A stretch of 63,159 bases of DNA, filler included, from Stramenopiles sp. TOSAG23-2 (Eukaryota): the NCBI GenBank assembly GCA_900128395.1. It is 13 parts of 13 records of this genome, joined end to end, with 100 filler letters (N's around TTAATTAATTAA, not from the genome) between each part and the next. Parts side by side here need not be neighbours in the genome. Positions count along the whole stretch, not along the records: positions 39,047 to 43,796 come from LT650819.1; positions 43,897 to 48,641 come from LT650820.1; positions 48,742 to 53,485 come from LT650821.1; 10 more parts are not named here. One strand, 5' to 3'. Position numbers and translations under genes: made by a program. Within the stretch, counting starts at the first letter, position 1; every line of letters begins with the position of its first letter. Of the stretch, positions 39,047 to 48,793 are shown piece by piece. Under the pieces are notes generated by a model. That model did no database searches. It saw only the letters and a list, made by a program, of their open reading frames with translations, and had not been told where the DNA came from.

Positions 39047-42000
39047 GAAGCGTATTTAATAAAATCAAAAGAGCGAGATGAAGGCAGGCTGGATCATAAA
39101 GACCATATTGGTTTAAAACCAGTGCATTGGATCGTACATCAAAATAGAATGAATGAACATAAAATAAAAGGTAAGCCTAAATCTCGTATTGTAGATTTGG
39201 TATCAGTGTTTCAAGCAAATGGAGTTGATATAAATACCGCTACTGTATTTAAAGAGCAAAAAGGTTTTAGAAGTGCAAAGTACAATTTCAAACCTTTGCA
39301 TCTTGCGCTTAAAAATAATTTGGCAACCTCTGAATTGGTTGAAATGTTTTTGCTTCATGCAGAACAGCAGCAAAATACTACTCCAAGGATAAAAGAAAAT
39401 GTTCCAGGGACAGGCTCGCCAGCAAGATCAATAACATCCCCTAACGGTATAAATGGTCAAGAAGGCGGAAGAAGTGGTAACAAAGAAGATGATATGAAAG
39501 GTTATAAAATAGCAGAAACACTGCATTTGGCTGCTCGCTACGTTACAAATGAAGCTGTTGTAAAAAAAATAGCAGAAAGCTTTGAATCAGAAATACAAAT
39601 TCAAGATGACATCAACAAAATGACACCGTTGCATTATGCGGCTTTATATAACAGAAATCCAAATGTTGTTGCGATTTTAATTGATGCAGAGAGACAATAT
39701 ATACAGAGAAAAAAACAAGATTCAAAGAAATGGAAGATAAAGTTATTTGATTTAGCAGTAGCCAGACCAGATAACCTTGGATTTTTACCCATTCATCACG
39801 CTGCTACTTCACGATTTGCTACAGTGGAGACCATTAAAAACCTGGACAATTTTTATCGCTCATATGATGGAAACAAAGACGACAGTCGGGGAGGTTCGGA
39901 TATTGCAAATAAAAGTGGCGAGCTACCACTGCATCTAGCTGTTAAAGCAAGCAGCTTTCGAAATGGTGAACTGTATTCCAATATCATTTTAGAATTAATC
40001 AAAATGTATCCTGGGGGAATGATAGAGACACCTGCAAATGCTCTTATTTCCAAAGCACCCCTGCAACTTGCATTAGACCCAGAAAACACAAATCGCTTAA
40101 AAAAACTTAACGGGATTATTGTTCGAAAAATGTTAAAAAGTTATATGGATAGCAAACAATCTGATATACCAACAGATATTGACTTATCTTATTATTGTGC
40201 AATTAATAAAAAAATATTTGAAACTTTTGTAAGCGATTTTAAATTGATATTTATGAAATCTGGAGAAAAAAACGATCTTCGTAAAAGCAATACTTGGGGG
40301 GACAAGCTAATACATCATTATCCATATTTGTTTAAAGGTAATGAATTGATGGATACAAATAGGAACGATCTGTTATGGCGATATTGGTTCTACATGCAAG
40401 CATCTATATTTGAGGGAGTAGAAGTAATGAAGTTACAAGAGAAGGATATACCATGCGGTTTAAGTAATCTCGTCAAAACGATAGACAAATTTTCAAACCA
40501 AGCGGTGGAGTTTGAGGATTATCAAGTAATTGATGCTCCTCTTGCGATGATAAAAGTAGAGTTAGATAAAACCAACAACGAAGACAATGAAGATGATAAT
40601 AAATGGTTAATGTCGATTTTAGAAAAAGTAGATCCTGCGCATAATTTCAATAAAGCAGCAAAACATCAGCAATTATTTCCAGACATCTCATCGCCATTAA
40701 CTTACGCAATTCGATGCGGGTGTGTCCAAGCTATCATTGCATTATCAGAAGGTGGGTGTAATCCGGTTCACCATTCTTTTTCTAAAGTCAATGGCCTTCA
40801 CTGGGATATATTGCCATACGATATTGCTAATTGTGTTGGAAGTTTAATGGACGATGGCGAAAACAAAGATAATTGGGAGGTAGGAATGGATGCCTTGCGT
40901 AAAAATAGAGATACGGATAAATATAGAAAGATCAAAGCTTGCAAACGGCTATTCAGTTTTTCCAAATTACCATTAGAACTGATAACTATTATAATCATGC
41001 TAATTATTGGAGTGATGACTACCACTGGTGCGGAGAAAGGTCAATTACGCTGGGGAAAACACATCAGTGATAAATTCGTCGATGAAGAATTCGATCCAGA
41101 AGATTCTCACATATTCAAAAATTTTTTTGATATTGCATCGATAGAGGAATTTTGGCAATGGGCGAATGGGCCATTGATGGGTGGTTTATACTCTGGGGAA
41201 GGTGATATTAATGGTAGAGAAGCCATTGATGAAGTCTCTGTTCTCGTTGGAAGCGTTCGTATTAGGTCATTACGCGTTAAGCCAGAACGGTGTAAAAATT
41301 TCCTTGGGGTAGATAAAGTGTCCTTGCCAGCAAACGGTTGTCATAGCGATAGAATACAGAGAGGCACCGTTAATATTGAACCTTTTGGACCGGTGGGAAA
41401 TGAGAAAAAGTATCAATACTTCAAACCAAATGGATTGGAGCACGAAGCAAATATGCTTGGTGACCGCTTATGGCAAGAGCGATATCCTAGTGGTGGCCAC
41501 ACACTGTATCTCCCAGGAGGAAACTCTACACGTGCAGCCGAGATAATGGCTGAGCTTATGGAAGATGGCTTTGTCAGCACAAAAGATGGTACCCGACTTG
41601 TTGCTTTTGAATTTTCTATATATAACAATCACATAGATAAAGTCATTTCCATGCGACTGATGGTCGAATTTTGGGTTGGCGGTGGAACACACTCAAATTT
41701 TGATGCAACAATTATTAATTTTGACAATAGAGACTCTAAATTTTTGAAAACAATTTTACAAACCATTCTACTGGTTATGTTTACTGCACGTTTGGTCATT
41801 GAGATTGATGAAATCGCATGGGGGAGTTTGCGTTCTTTATCTAGGTCCATTCGCGCTCATGCCCCACCTGGCACCTCCAAATCGGATATCAATGATATTA
41901 TTGATGTAGATAGCATAAAAAAAACTGGTTTACATTTGGGAAAGTATGTATATAAACCTTTTATCATTTGTAAGAAGAAAGACACAAAAATCAAACTTAA

Positions 42001-43252
42001 AAAGTCTAATACCACTAATAGTAACAAAATTTCAGCTCATGAAAAATTAGAGGGTGGTATCAAGCAGGTTATAGCAGCAAATAACGTCATTGGTGCAATG
42101 GCATCTGAAGAGGAACTTCGCGCAAAAGCAGCAAACAGTGGTGTTAGAGTTTCACCATTTCATCCTGCTGCTGTAAAAGAAGAAACTATTGGCATGAAAA
42201 TTTTACATACCGTTGGGTCAATCTTTGCTGAGATTCAAATTCGAGTATTTGTTTTTATCAATTTCAATATATTGTATTTATGTGGTACACACATGGTGAT
42301 GTGGATAACTAAACCCAATATACTAGATCCAGTTTTAAAGGGCGAAAGTTTTGTGGGGTTACACAACAACTTTTTTGACTTGTATTGGGATATGATCTTT
42401 AATAACAAGTACTGGTTCTTTGGCTGGAACTATTTTGAATGGATTTTGGTCGGTATTTATTTTTTTTACTATTCGGGTAACTTAGTTTACGGGCATCTTC
42501 AGGATATGCTTCGACTACAGCTTGTTGAAGTCTTGAGGACTGGGGAAGAAAAGTTTATCCCTCTAGACCGATTAAGTTGGATAAACACACAAACACAAGA
42601 TCTTGTTGCTGTACTGTTTGTCTTAGTTGTAATTCATTTGTTACGAACTTTACAAGAAATCCCATTCGGTATTGGTGCGAGAATTATGGCAATTATACGT
42701 GTCGTAGGTCATAAAAATATAGTTCCATTCTACTTTACAATGATTGTTTTTCTTTTTTCATTTGCGATGGGGTACCACTTTGCATTTGCAAATGAACTTG
42801 AGGAATACAGGGGAGTTGGGGAAAGTCTCGTTCAAATGATGACAGCTGCTATTGGTGATTTTGGTATTGGCATAGACGAAATGTTAGATTCGGCTTTAGA
42901 AGTTACTTATATTTTACTTTTCTTAACGTGGTTTTTCGTTACTTTGCTATTGATGAATATATTTATTGGAGTAGTATCGATGGTTTATGAAGAAACGGAG
43001 GAAAAAAGTTTGGAAGATTTTGACAAGAATTTAGATGAATATATGAGAGAAGATTTGACAGAACTTGATAGAGGATGGGCAAAGAGCGTAATTTATAACA
43101 ATACATTTGAAGAATGCGTTTTACATGATGTATCTGAAGATGCTGCTGCGAAAAAAGATGCAGCAGAATTGCCTACAAAAGTGACCAACCTTGAAAAGAG
43201 AATGACAGACGAATTCAATGTCATCAAAAATTTAATCAAAGCTATTGAATAA
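39047..43252 (+). CDS. Ankyrin-repeat polycystin-2/TRPP-like cation channel (5' partial)
   Basis: Ankyrin motifs (PLHLAL, TLHLAA, TPLHYAA, PIHHAA, LPLHLAV, SPLTYAI); polycystin domain FFDIASIEEFWQW, LVGSVRIRSLRV...C, YPSGG, TRLVAFEFSIYN, LMVEF..GG; pore region FAMGYHFAF...IGDF and S6 LLMNIFIGVV. Confidence 0.88.
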   Translation, partial: EAYLIKSKERDEGRLDHKDHIGLKPVHWIVHQNRMNEHKIKGKPKSRIVDLVSVFQANGVDINTATVFKEQKGFRSAKYNFKPLHLALKNNLATSELVEMFLLHAEQQQNTTPRIKENVPGTGSPARSITSPNGINGQEGGRSGNKEDDMKGYKIAETLHLAARYVTNEAVVKKIAESFESEIQIQDDINKMTPLHYAALYNRNPNVVAILIDAERQYIQRKKQDSKKWKIKLFDLAVARPDNLGFLPIHHAATSRFATVETIKNLDNFYRSYDGNKDDSRGGSDIANKSGELPLHLAVKASSFRNGELYSNIILELIKMYPGGMIETPANALISKAPLQLALDPENTNRLKKLNGIIVRKMLKSYMDSKQSDIPTDIDLSYYCAINKKIFETFVSDFKLIFMKSGEKNDLRKSNTWGDKLIHHYPYLFKGNELMDTNRNDLLWRYWFYMQASIFEGVEVMKLQEKDIPCGLSNLVKTIDKFSNQAVEFEDYQVIDAPLAMIKVELDKTNNEDNEDDNKWLMSILEKVDPAHNFNKAAKHQQLFPDISSPLTYAIRCGCVQAIIALSEGGCNPVHHSFSKVNGLHWDILPYDIANCVGSLMDDGENKDNWEVGMDALRKNRDTDKYRKIKACKRLFSFSKLPLELITIIIMLIIGVMTTTGAEKGQLRWGKHISDKFVDEEFDPEDSHIFKNFFDIASIEEFWQWANGPLMGGLYSGEGDINGREAIDEVSVLVGSVRIRSLRVKPERCKNFLGVDKVSLPANGCHSDRIQRGTVNIEPFGPVGNEKKYQYFKPNGLEHEANMLGDRLWQERYPSGGHTLYLPGGNSTRAAEIMAELMEDGFVSTKDGTRLVAFEFSIYNNHIDKVISMRLMVEFWVGGGTHSNFDATIINFDNRDSKFLKTILQTILLVMFTARLVIEIDEIAWGSLRSLSRSIRAHAPPGTSKSDINDIIDVDSIKKTGLHLGKYVYKPFIICKKKDTKIKLKKSNTTNSNKISAHEKLEGGIKQVIAANNVIGAMASEEELRAKAANSGVRVSPFHPAAVKEETIGMKILHTVGSIFAEIQIRVFVFINFNILYLCGTHMVMWITKPNILDPVLKGESFVGLHNNFFDLYWDMIFNNKYWFFGWNYFEWILVGIYFFYYSGNLVYGHLQDMLRLQLVEVLRTGEEKFIPLDRLSWINTQTQDLVAVLFVLVVIHLLRTLQEIPFGIGARIMAIIRVVGHKNIVPFYFTMIVFLFSFAMGYHFAFANELEEYRGVGESLVQMMTAAIGDFGIGIDEMLDSALEVTYILLFLTWFFVTLLLMNIFIGVVSMVYEETEEKSLEDFDKNLDEYMREDLTELDRGWAKSVIYNNTFEECVLHDVSEDAAAKKDAAELPTKVTNLEKRMTDEFNVIKNLIKAIE

Positions 43253-43284
43253 ATACTTTAGATATATATAGAGATATGTGTGGG

Positions 43285-43522
43285 AAGAAAGCCTGGAAAG
43301 CTGGAAAGCTGGAAAGCTGTGGAAAACCAACTTTAAAATTTTTATAAATTTATTTCTAATATCGTTTTAATATTACTTATAAAGTACATTTTATCATTTT
43401 TTAAAAGAAAGCCTGGAAAGCTGGAAAGCTGGAAAGCTGTGGAAAACCAACTTTAAAATTTTATAAATTTATTTCTAATATCGTTTTAATATTACTTATA
43501 AAGTACATTTTATCATTTTTAA
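43285..43522. repeat. Near-perfect 120-bp tandem duplication, each copy starting with a (GGAAAGCT) array
   Basis: Copies start at 43285 and 43405 and differ only in homopolymer lengths. Confidence 0.92.
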
Positions 43523-43898
43523 AAAAAAAATATCTGGGTCTGCTCCGAACCCACGTAGAAACAAGCGAGTTCTAGTAGGCCAGTAGGCATACTTCGTACA
43601 AACAGTATTGTCTTTTTACGAACGTGTACAAAAATACATCATATATGATATATATACTCGGTAAGAATTTTTTTTAATTTTACACACAAATTAAGGTACA
43701 CACGCTACTTGTAATATATTCGCATCCCAATACTCAAAAATACAATTATACTTCCTAATATCGCGTAATCGTTTAACGTATGTTGAAAAATAATACNNNN
43801 NNNNNNNNNNNNNNNNNNNNNNNNNNNNNNNNNNNNNNNNTTAATTAATTAANNNNNNNNNNNNNNNNNNNNNNNNNNNNNNNNNNNNNNNNNNNNTT

Positions 43899-44162
43899 GG
43901 AATGATGCCAATCTTCGAACGTCTGGAAGTAGGTGGATGGAATTTTCTTTGGGCTGATTTACCAGGCATAACATCGTATTGGCAAAATTTAAAATCACGT
44001 CCATCGTACCAATTAGCGTTTAAAGACCATGAGATTGAGAATATAGGATTTGCTAGGGAGGAAATAAAACGATGGAAAGAGGAAAATCCTTGGTTTAAAT
44101 CAAAGTTAGAAGATGATGTTCCAGGATTAAATCCTGGCCCTGCAACTTTCAGTAATTTGTAA
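43899..44162 (+). CDS. Glutathione S-transferase-like C-terminal fragment (5' partial)
   Basis: PIFERL...W...LPGITSYWQNLKSRPSYQLAF resembles the last helices of the GST C-domain. Confidence 0.65.
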   Translation, partial: GMMPIFERLEVGGWNFLWADLPGITSYWQNLKSRPSYQLAFKDHEIENIGFAREEIKRWKEENPWFKSKLEDDVPGLNPGPATFSNL

Positions 44163-44698
44163 AAATATTTATACACGCAATTATAAATATATAAATATGT
44201 GAGATAAATCTACTGAAGAAAAGAAATTAGAGAAAGAAATCGAAACAATAGACTAAGAAAGGCATGTAATATCATTCAGGAAAAGTTTTTCCCCCAAAAG
44301 TTTACTCGTTTGAATATAATTAATTGTGTTTCGAGGAAACGTGTATAATACGAAAATAATAGTGTGATTTCTCTCGTGTGTTTCACAATTGTGTAAAAAT
44401 GATTTTTTTTTTAATTTTTACAAAATTGTCTTTGGAATAATATAAAATAAAATAAAGATAAATGTACGCGTATTTTTTATTTTTTATTTTTTTATTTTTT
44501 ATTCCTACCCATAACAATTCCTATACTCTCCTTTGAGAATACAGTGATTGAGCCAACAATTATTTAATTATCTACGAGATACTTGAGGCACTAAAATCGA
44601 AGTCAGATGAAACACCGTACTGTTGTCTAATGATATATTTTTATATACACAGTGATACACGCGCCGCGAATATTTTTATGTGTTTTCAAAAAATCATT

Positions 44699-46126
44699 TT
44701 ACAACTTTGTGGCTATATTTTTCATATCGTTCAAAATCTTAGTTGCCTGCGGGTTTTCTTTTCCTAATTCTTCACACATTATTTCATATGCTTCCTTTAA
44801 AAATTCATGTGATTTTACAAAATTCTTTTGAGCATAGTACACATAACCTATGTTACTTTTACTTATAGCAACTTTTGTATTGTTACTTCCAAAATTTGAA
44901 ATCAATATATCAGATGATAGCTCAAAATATTTCACAGTATGCTCTAATTTGCCTACTTTAAAATATGCTTGGCCAATATTATTATATGTAGTAGCTAAAG
45001 CAGAATGTGTTTCCCCTTGCGTTTTCTTTCGTATTTTTACACTTTCCATTAGATACGGTATTGCCCTATCTTCTATTTCCTCCATGCCTATATATGTCAC
45101 CCCAGTCAATTCAAATGTTTCAGCAACTTCTGGATGTTCAAAACCATATTTATTTTTAAAAATATTTAATGCTAATTCATGAAGTTCCAATGCTTCCTCG
45201 TGTTTTCCTAAATAATGTTTTGCTTCCGCAACACTATTGTATGATCTTCCCACATCTGGATGTTCTTGATTAAATAGTTTTAACCTTGCATTTAAGCTCT
45301 TTGAATGTAATTTTAATGCTTCCTCATAGTTTCCTAGTTGTAGAGACAGCTGTCCACTCCACCAAGTGCAGGATGCTATTTTTTGCTGGTTTATTTCTGC
45401 CCTTCCAGTTTTCATGTATTCATTCAAAGCAGCGTCAAAATATGTTAACGCCTCTTTATATTTGTCTTTGGAAAACAATGCTTTTCCTAAATTAAAACAA
45501 AGATCTGCTTTACTATTATTATTATTGTCTTCATTCATTTGATCCACTATTTCCTGAATCGAAAGAAGGGATTCTAATGCTTGATCATATTTACTATTTG
45601 CTATTAATGCTTCACTGCACTTTATTATTGTATCGATCATAATATTATTAAATTCTTTATTATTTTTTGTGAGTTCCAATATTGTATTATAAGTAATAAT
45701 CGCATTTTCATAATCTGCTATTTCACTATATAACTCTGCAATTTCATAAAGACATTGAAAATATTTATCCGACAAGTATTTTAATAATAATAGTTTTTCT
45801 TTTTTTCCCTTAATTTTACTTTCATTCAGATCTGTTGCAAATTTATTACGTAGTTGAATTTCCATATTACGACGATATTCAATGTCATGTTCAAGTGCAT
45901 AGTTTCTCGGATAGGTCTTGACATCCGTGTTCATTTGAAAAGGAACTTGGCATACAGGACATATATTATTACCAGCATTTATCATTTGCAATAAACTATG
46001 TTCGTTCATTGTATGGCCACATTTTAATAATCTAGTAGGTTTCTGATATGGGTCCAGGGTAATTGGATCACACGGCATCTCATATTGGTTGATATCAATG
46101 ATATTGTTAGTGGCAATGGCAGCCAT
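44699..46126 (-). CDS. U-box/RING-like domain + TPR repeats (kinesin-light-chain/nephrocystin-3-type)
   Basis: CDPITLDPYQKP..LKCGHT......CPVC; repeats such as GNYEEALKLHSKSL......EHPDVGRSYNSVA and HSALATTYNNIGQAY. Confidence 0.85.
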   Translation of the reverse strand: MAAIATNNIIDINQYEMPCDPITLDPYQKPTRLLKCGHTMNEHSLLQMINAGNNICPVCQVPFQMNTDVKTYPRNYALEHDIEYRRNMEIQLRNKFATDLNESKIKGKKEKLLLLKYLSDKYFQCLYEIAELYSEIADYENAIITYNTILELTKNNKEFNNIMIDTIIKCSEALIANSKYDQALESLLSIQEIVDQMNEDNNNNSKADLCFNLGKALFSKDKYKEALTYFDAALNEYMKTGRAEINQQKIASCTWWSGQLSLQLGNYEEALKLHSKSLNARLKLFNQEHPDVGRSYNSVAEAKHYLGKHEEALELHELALNIFKNKYGFEHPEVAETFELTGVTYIGMEEIEDRAIPYLMESVKIRKKTQGETHSALATTYNNIGQAYFKVGKLEHTVKYFELSSDILISNFGSNNTKVAISKSNIGYVYYAQKNFVKSHEFLKEAYEIMCEELGKENPQATKILNDMKNIATKL

Positions 46127-46763
46127 GTTGATAATGAAAATATAAATTGTTCGTATAAATAATTATAGTTTTTGTTCCTGTTGTACAACTATCTATCTGT
46201 CGTCTCTTCCAGATAAGCTCATTTTAAATATTTCTATTTTCACATATCTTAAAAGACGACACACATATCTTTTCGATATCTTTCTCTTCTTCTCTTCTTG
46301 TGCTCTTCTTCAACATGCAAACTAAAACAACACATGAAGATTATCATAGTATTCTATAAGTTCAATAAGTATAGATATTTAGATTTTTACCCTATCAAGC
46401 ACCAAAAATCGAGCAAAAAACCTTAACACATAATTAGTATATAAATAGCAGAGAGATTCTCTCTGTTAATGTTATTTATATGCTAATCATCTATACTTGA
46501 TGATGACAGTTAAAAATTTCTTATTTTTCTTCTTCTTGGACTTCCGATACGCACAAACAACCGAAAAAATAGATGAAAAAAGGGTACAACATATTATCAC
46601 CCCGCGAATAATCAATTTTATAGATATATCATTCAAATATAGTAATACATATTAACGGAATATATTTATATATATAACAACAACAACAACTAAAATTAAT
46701 ATTGACTACATATATATAATTTTATTTATATATAGAATATAGATAAACCACCAAAAAAACAAT

Positions 46764-48317
46764 ATGACATCAATGCAAACAAGAACATGTGTAGTACGTG
46801 GTACGATTTTTGAAGTACCAACTGAATATGAAAAATTAAAATATGTTGGTGGAGGTTCCTATGGAATGGTATGCTCTGCTATCGATCTAAAGAACAAAAA
46901 TCGCCGTTTAGCTGTCAAACGTATTGGAGATACCTTCAGAAATGTTATAGATGCAAAAAGAATTTTACGTGAGATGAAATTAATGAGACATTTACAAGGA
47001 CATGCTAATATCGTTACGTTACAAAAATGTTTCACTATACCTTCAAATGTACTGAACTTTCGTGATGTATATATTGTTACAAAACTGTTTGAAAGTGATT
47101 TGGCAAAGATTATTTCATCCAAACAAGCATTGAGTGATGCACATTGTAGATACTTTCTGTATCAATTATTGCGTGGATTAAAATATTTACACTCTGCAAA
47201 TATTATTCACCGTGATTTAAAACCTGCTAATTTATTAATTAACTCGAACTGCGAACTGGCTATTTGTGATTTTGGTTTAGCACGTGGTATAAAAGAAAGC
47301 AACAACGCTGTTCAAAATATGAATCAAGAAGACGAATTAACCGGATATGTTGTTACCAGATGGTATAGAGCTCCTGAACTCTTAGTAGAGTGTGAAAGTT
47401 ATGGGAATGAGATTGATATGTGGAGTGTAGGCTGTATTTTTGGGGAGTTGCTTGGAAGAAAAGTTTTGTTCAGAGGTAGAAATTATATACATCAACTTCA
47501 ATTGATTATTGAAACATTAGGTACACCAACGAATGATGATATGAGTTTCATACCTCTTGCAGCACGTTCAAGTGTTCGTGCAATGGGGAAAAGTACTCGT
47601 CCTGTGAATTGGAAACATACATTCCCAAAGGCAAGCAAGGGATCCCTAGATTTATTATCAAAAATGTTACAATTTGATCCTAGAAAGAGAATTAATGTGA
47701 CGGATGCATTGAAACATCCATATTTAAAAGAATACCATAATCCAAAACATGAACCAAGTTGCAAAAATAAATTTAATTTCAAATTTGAAGCTCGTGCCAC
47801 AAGTAAATCAGCTATTCAAACGATGATGCTTGATGAAGTTAAATTATTTGAAAAGACATTATTAAATAAAAATATGTCGAAAAAAAGCAATATGTTGGAA
47901 CAACAAGAACAGGAACAACGTATTACACAAAGACAGAATCAAGAAAATACAACTGTTCCTCCACCTCCACCACAAAGTAACGAGAATATTGCACCACCTT
48001 TACCAAAAAAAACCATGCAACAAAATTCACATCAGGAAACAAATATCAACAATAGAAAAAGTCCATTAAAAGAATATAAATTGGAAGAAAACTCTGTTGC
48101 CGCAGCTAGCTTTGCAAATAACAGTGATAATAATAATAATAATAATAACGAGAATATAACAAATACATCCATGCAATTTCAACAAATTTTAATGGCAATT
48201 ACGAAGTTAGAAACAACGGTAAATGAACGTTTTGAAGAACAAAACAGAAAAATTGAGAGTTTAGAAATGAAGATGAATGGATTGATTGAAAAAAATAATA
48301 GTGGTAGAACTGTATAA
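46764..48317 (+). CDS. Mitogen-activated protein kinase (TGY activation motif) with coiled-coil tail
   Basis: GGGSYGMVCSA, DAKRILRE, FLYQLLRGLKYLHSANIIHRDLKPANLL, CDFGLARG, LTGYVVTRWYRAPE, ALKHPYL..YH.P..EP. Confidence 0.96.
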   Translation: MTSMQTRTCVVRGTIFEVPTEYEKLKYVGGGSYGMVCSAIDLKNKNRRLAVKRIGDTFRNVIDAKRILREMKLMRHLQGHANIVTLQKCFTIPSNVLNFRDVYIVTKLFESDLAKIISSKQALSDAHCRYFLYQLLRGLKYLHSANIIHRDLKPANLLINSNCELAICDFGLARGIKESNNAVQNMNQEDELTGYVVTRWYRAPELLVECESYGNEIDMWSVGCIFGELLGRKVLFRGRNYIHQLQLIIETLGTPTNDDMSFIPLAARSSVRAMGKSTRPVNWKHTFPKASKGSLDLLSKMLQFDPRKRINVTDALKHPYLKEYHNPKHEPSCKNKFNFKFEARATSKSAIQTMMLDEVKLFEKTLLNKNMSKKSNMLEQQEQEQRITQRQNQENTTVPPPPPQSNENIAPPLPKKTMQQNSHQETNINNRKSPLKEYKLEENSVAAASFANNSDNNNNNNNENITNTSMQFQQILMAITKLETTVNERFEEQNRKIESLEMKMNGLIEKNNSGRTV

Positions 48318-48741
48318 AAATGAAATGAACCAAATGATGAGAGGTTTTATACGGCAGCATCAAAACATTATATCATATTATTAATAAAATATACGGGTTC
48401 GTACGAGTCGTATTTTAAAAAATATACCCTGTATATATGCATAATATGTCCGTGTGATATTATCATATATATATGACATATCATATTATCAACACTGTGT
48501 GCCGTGTCCATTTATAAAAATAATTAACACGACCGTAATATAAATATACCGAACAAGAATATTTTTTTATTAGAACCGTATTAAAAAAAAAGAGTGTTTC
48601 ATGAAAAATGCGCGTGTGTATTTTAGTTTTCTCTAAACGAANNNNNNNNNNNNNNNNNNNNNNNNNNNNNNNNNNNNNNNNNNNNTTAATTAATTAANNN
48701 NNNNNNNNNNNNNNNNNNNNNNNNNNNNNNNNNNNNNNNNN

Positions 48742-48759
48742 AGAGAGAGAGAGAGAGAG
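48742..48759. repeat. (AG)n microsatellite at contig edge
   Basis: About 9 AG units, probably intronic. Confidence 0.8.
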
Positions 48760-48793
48760 AAATATTACTGAAATTAACAGTATTTTATGTAAG

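Noticed and set aside
32399-48317. Apparent signalling/immune cluster (MLKL-like kinase, MAP3K, channel, U-box-TPR, MAPK)
   Set aside because: The genes lie on different contigs ordered only by length, so adjacency across linkers is meaningless. Only U-box-TPR and MAPK share a contig.
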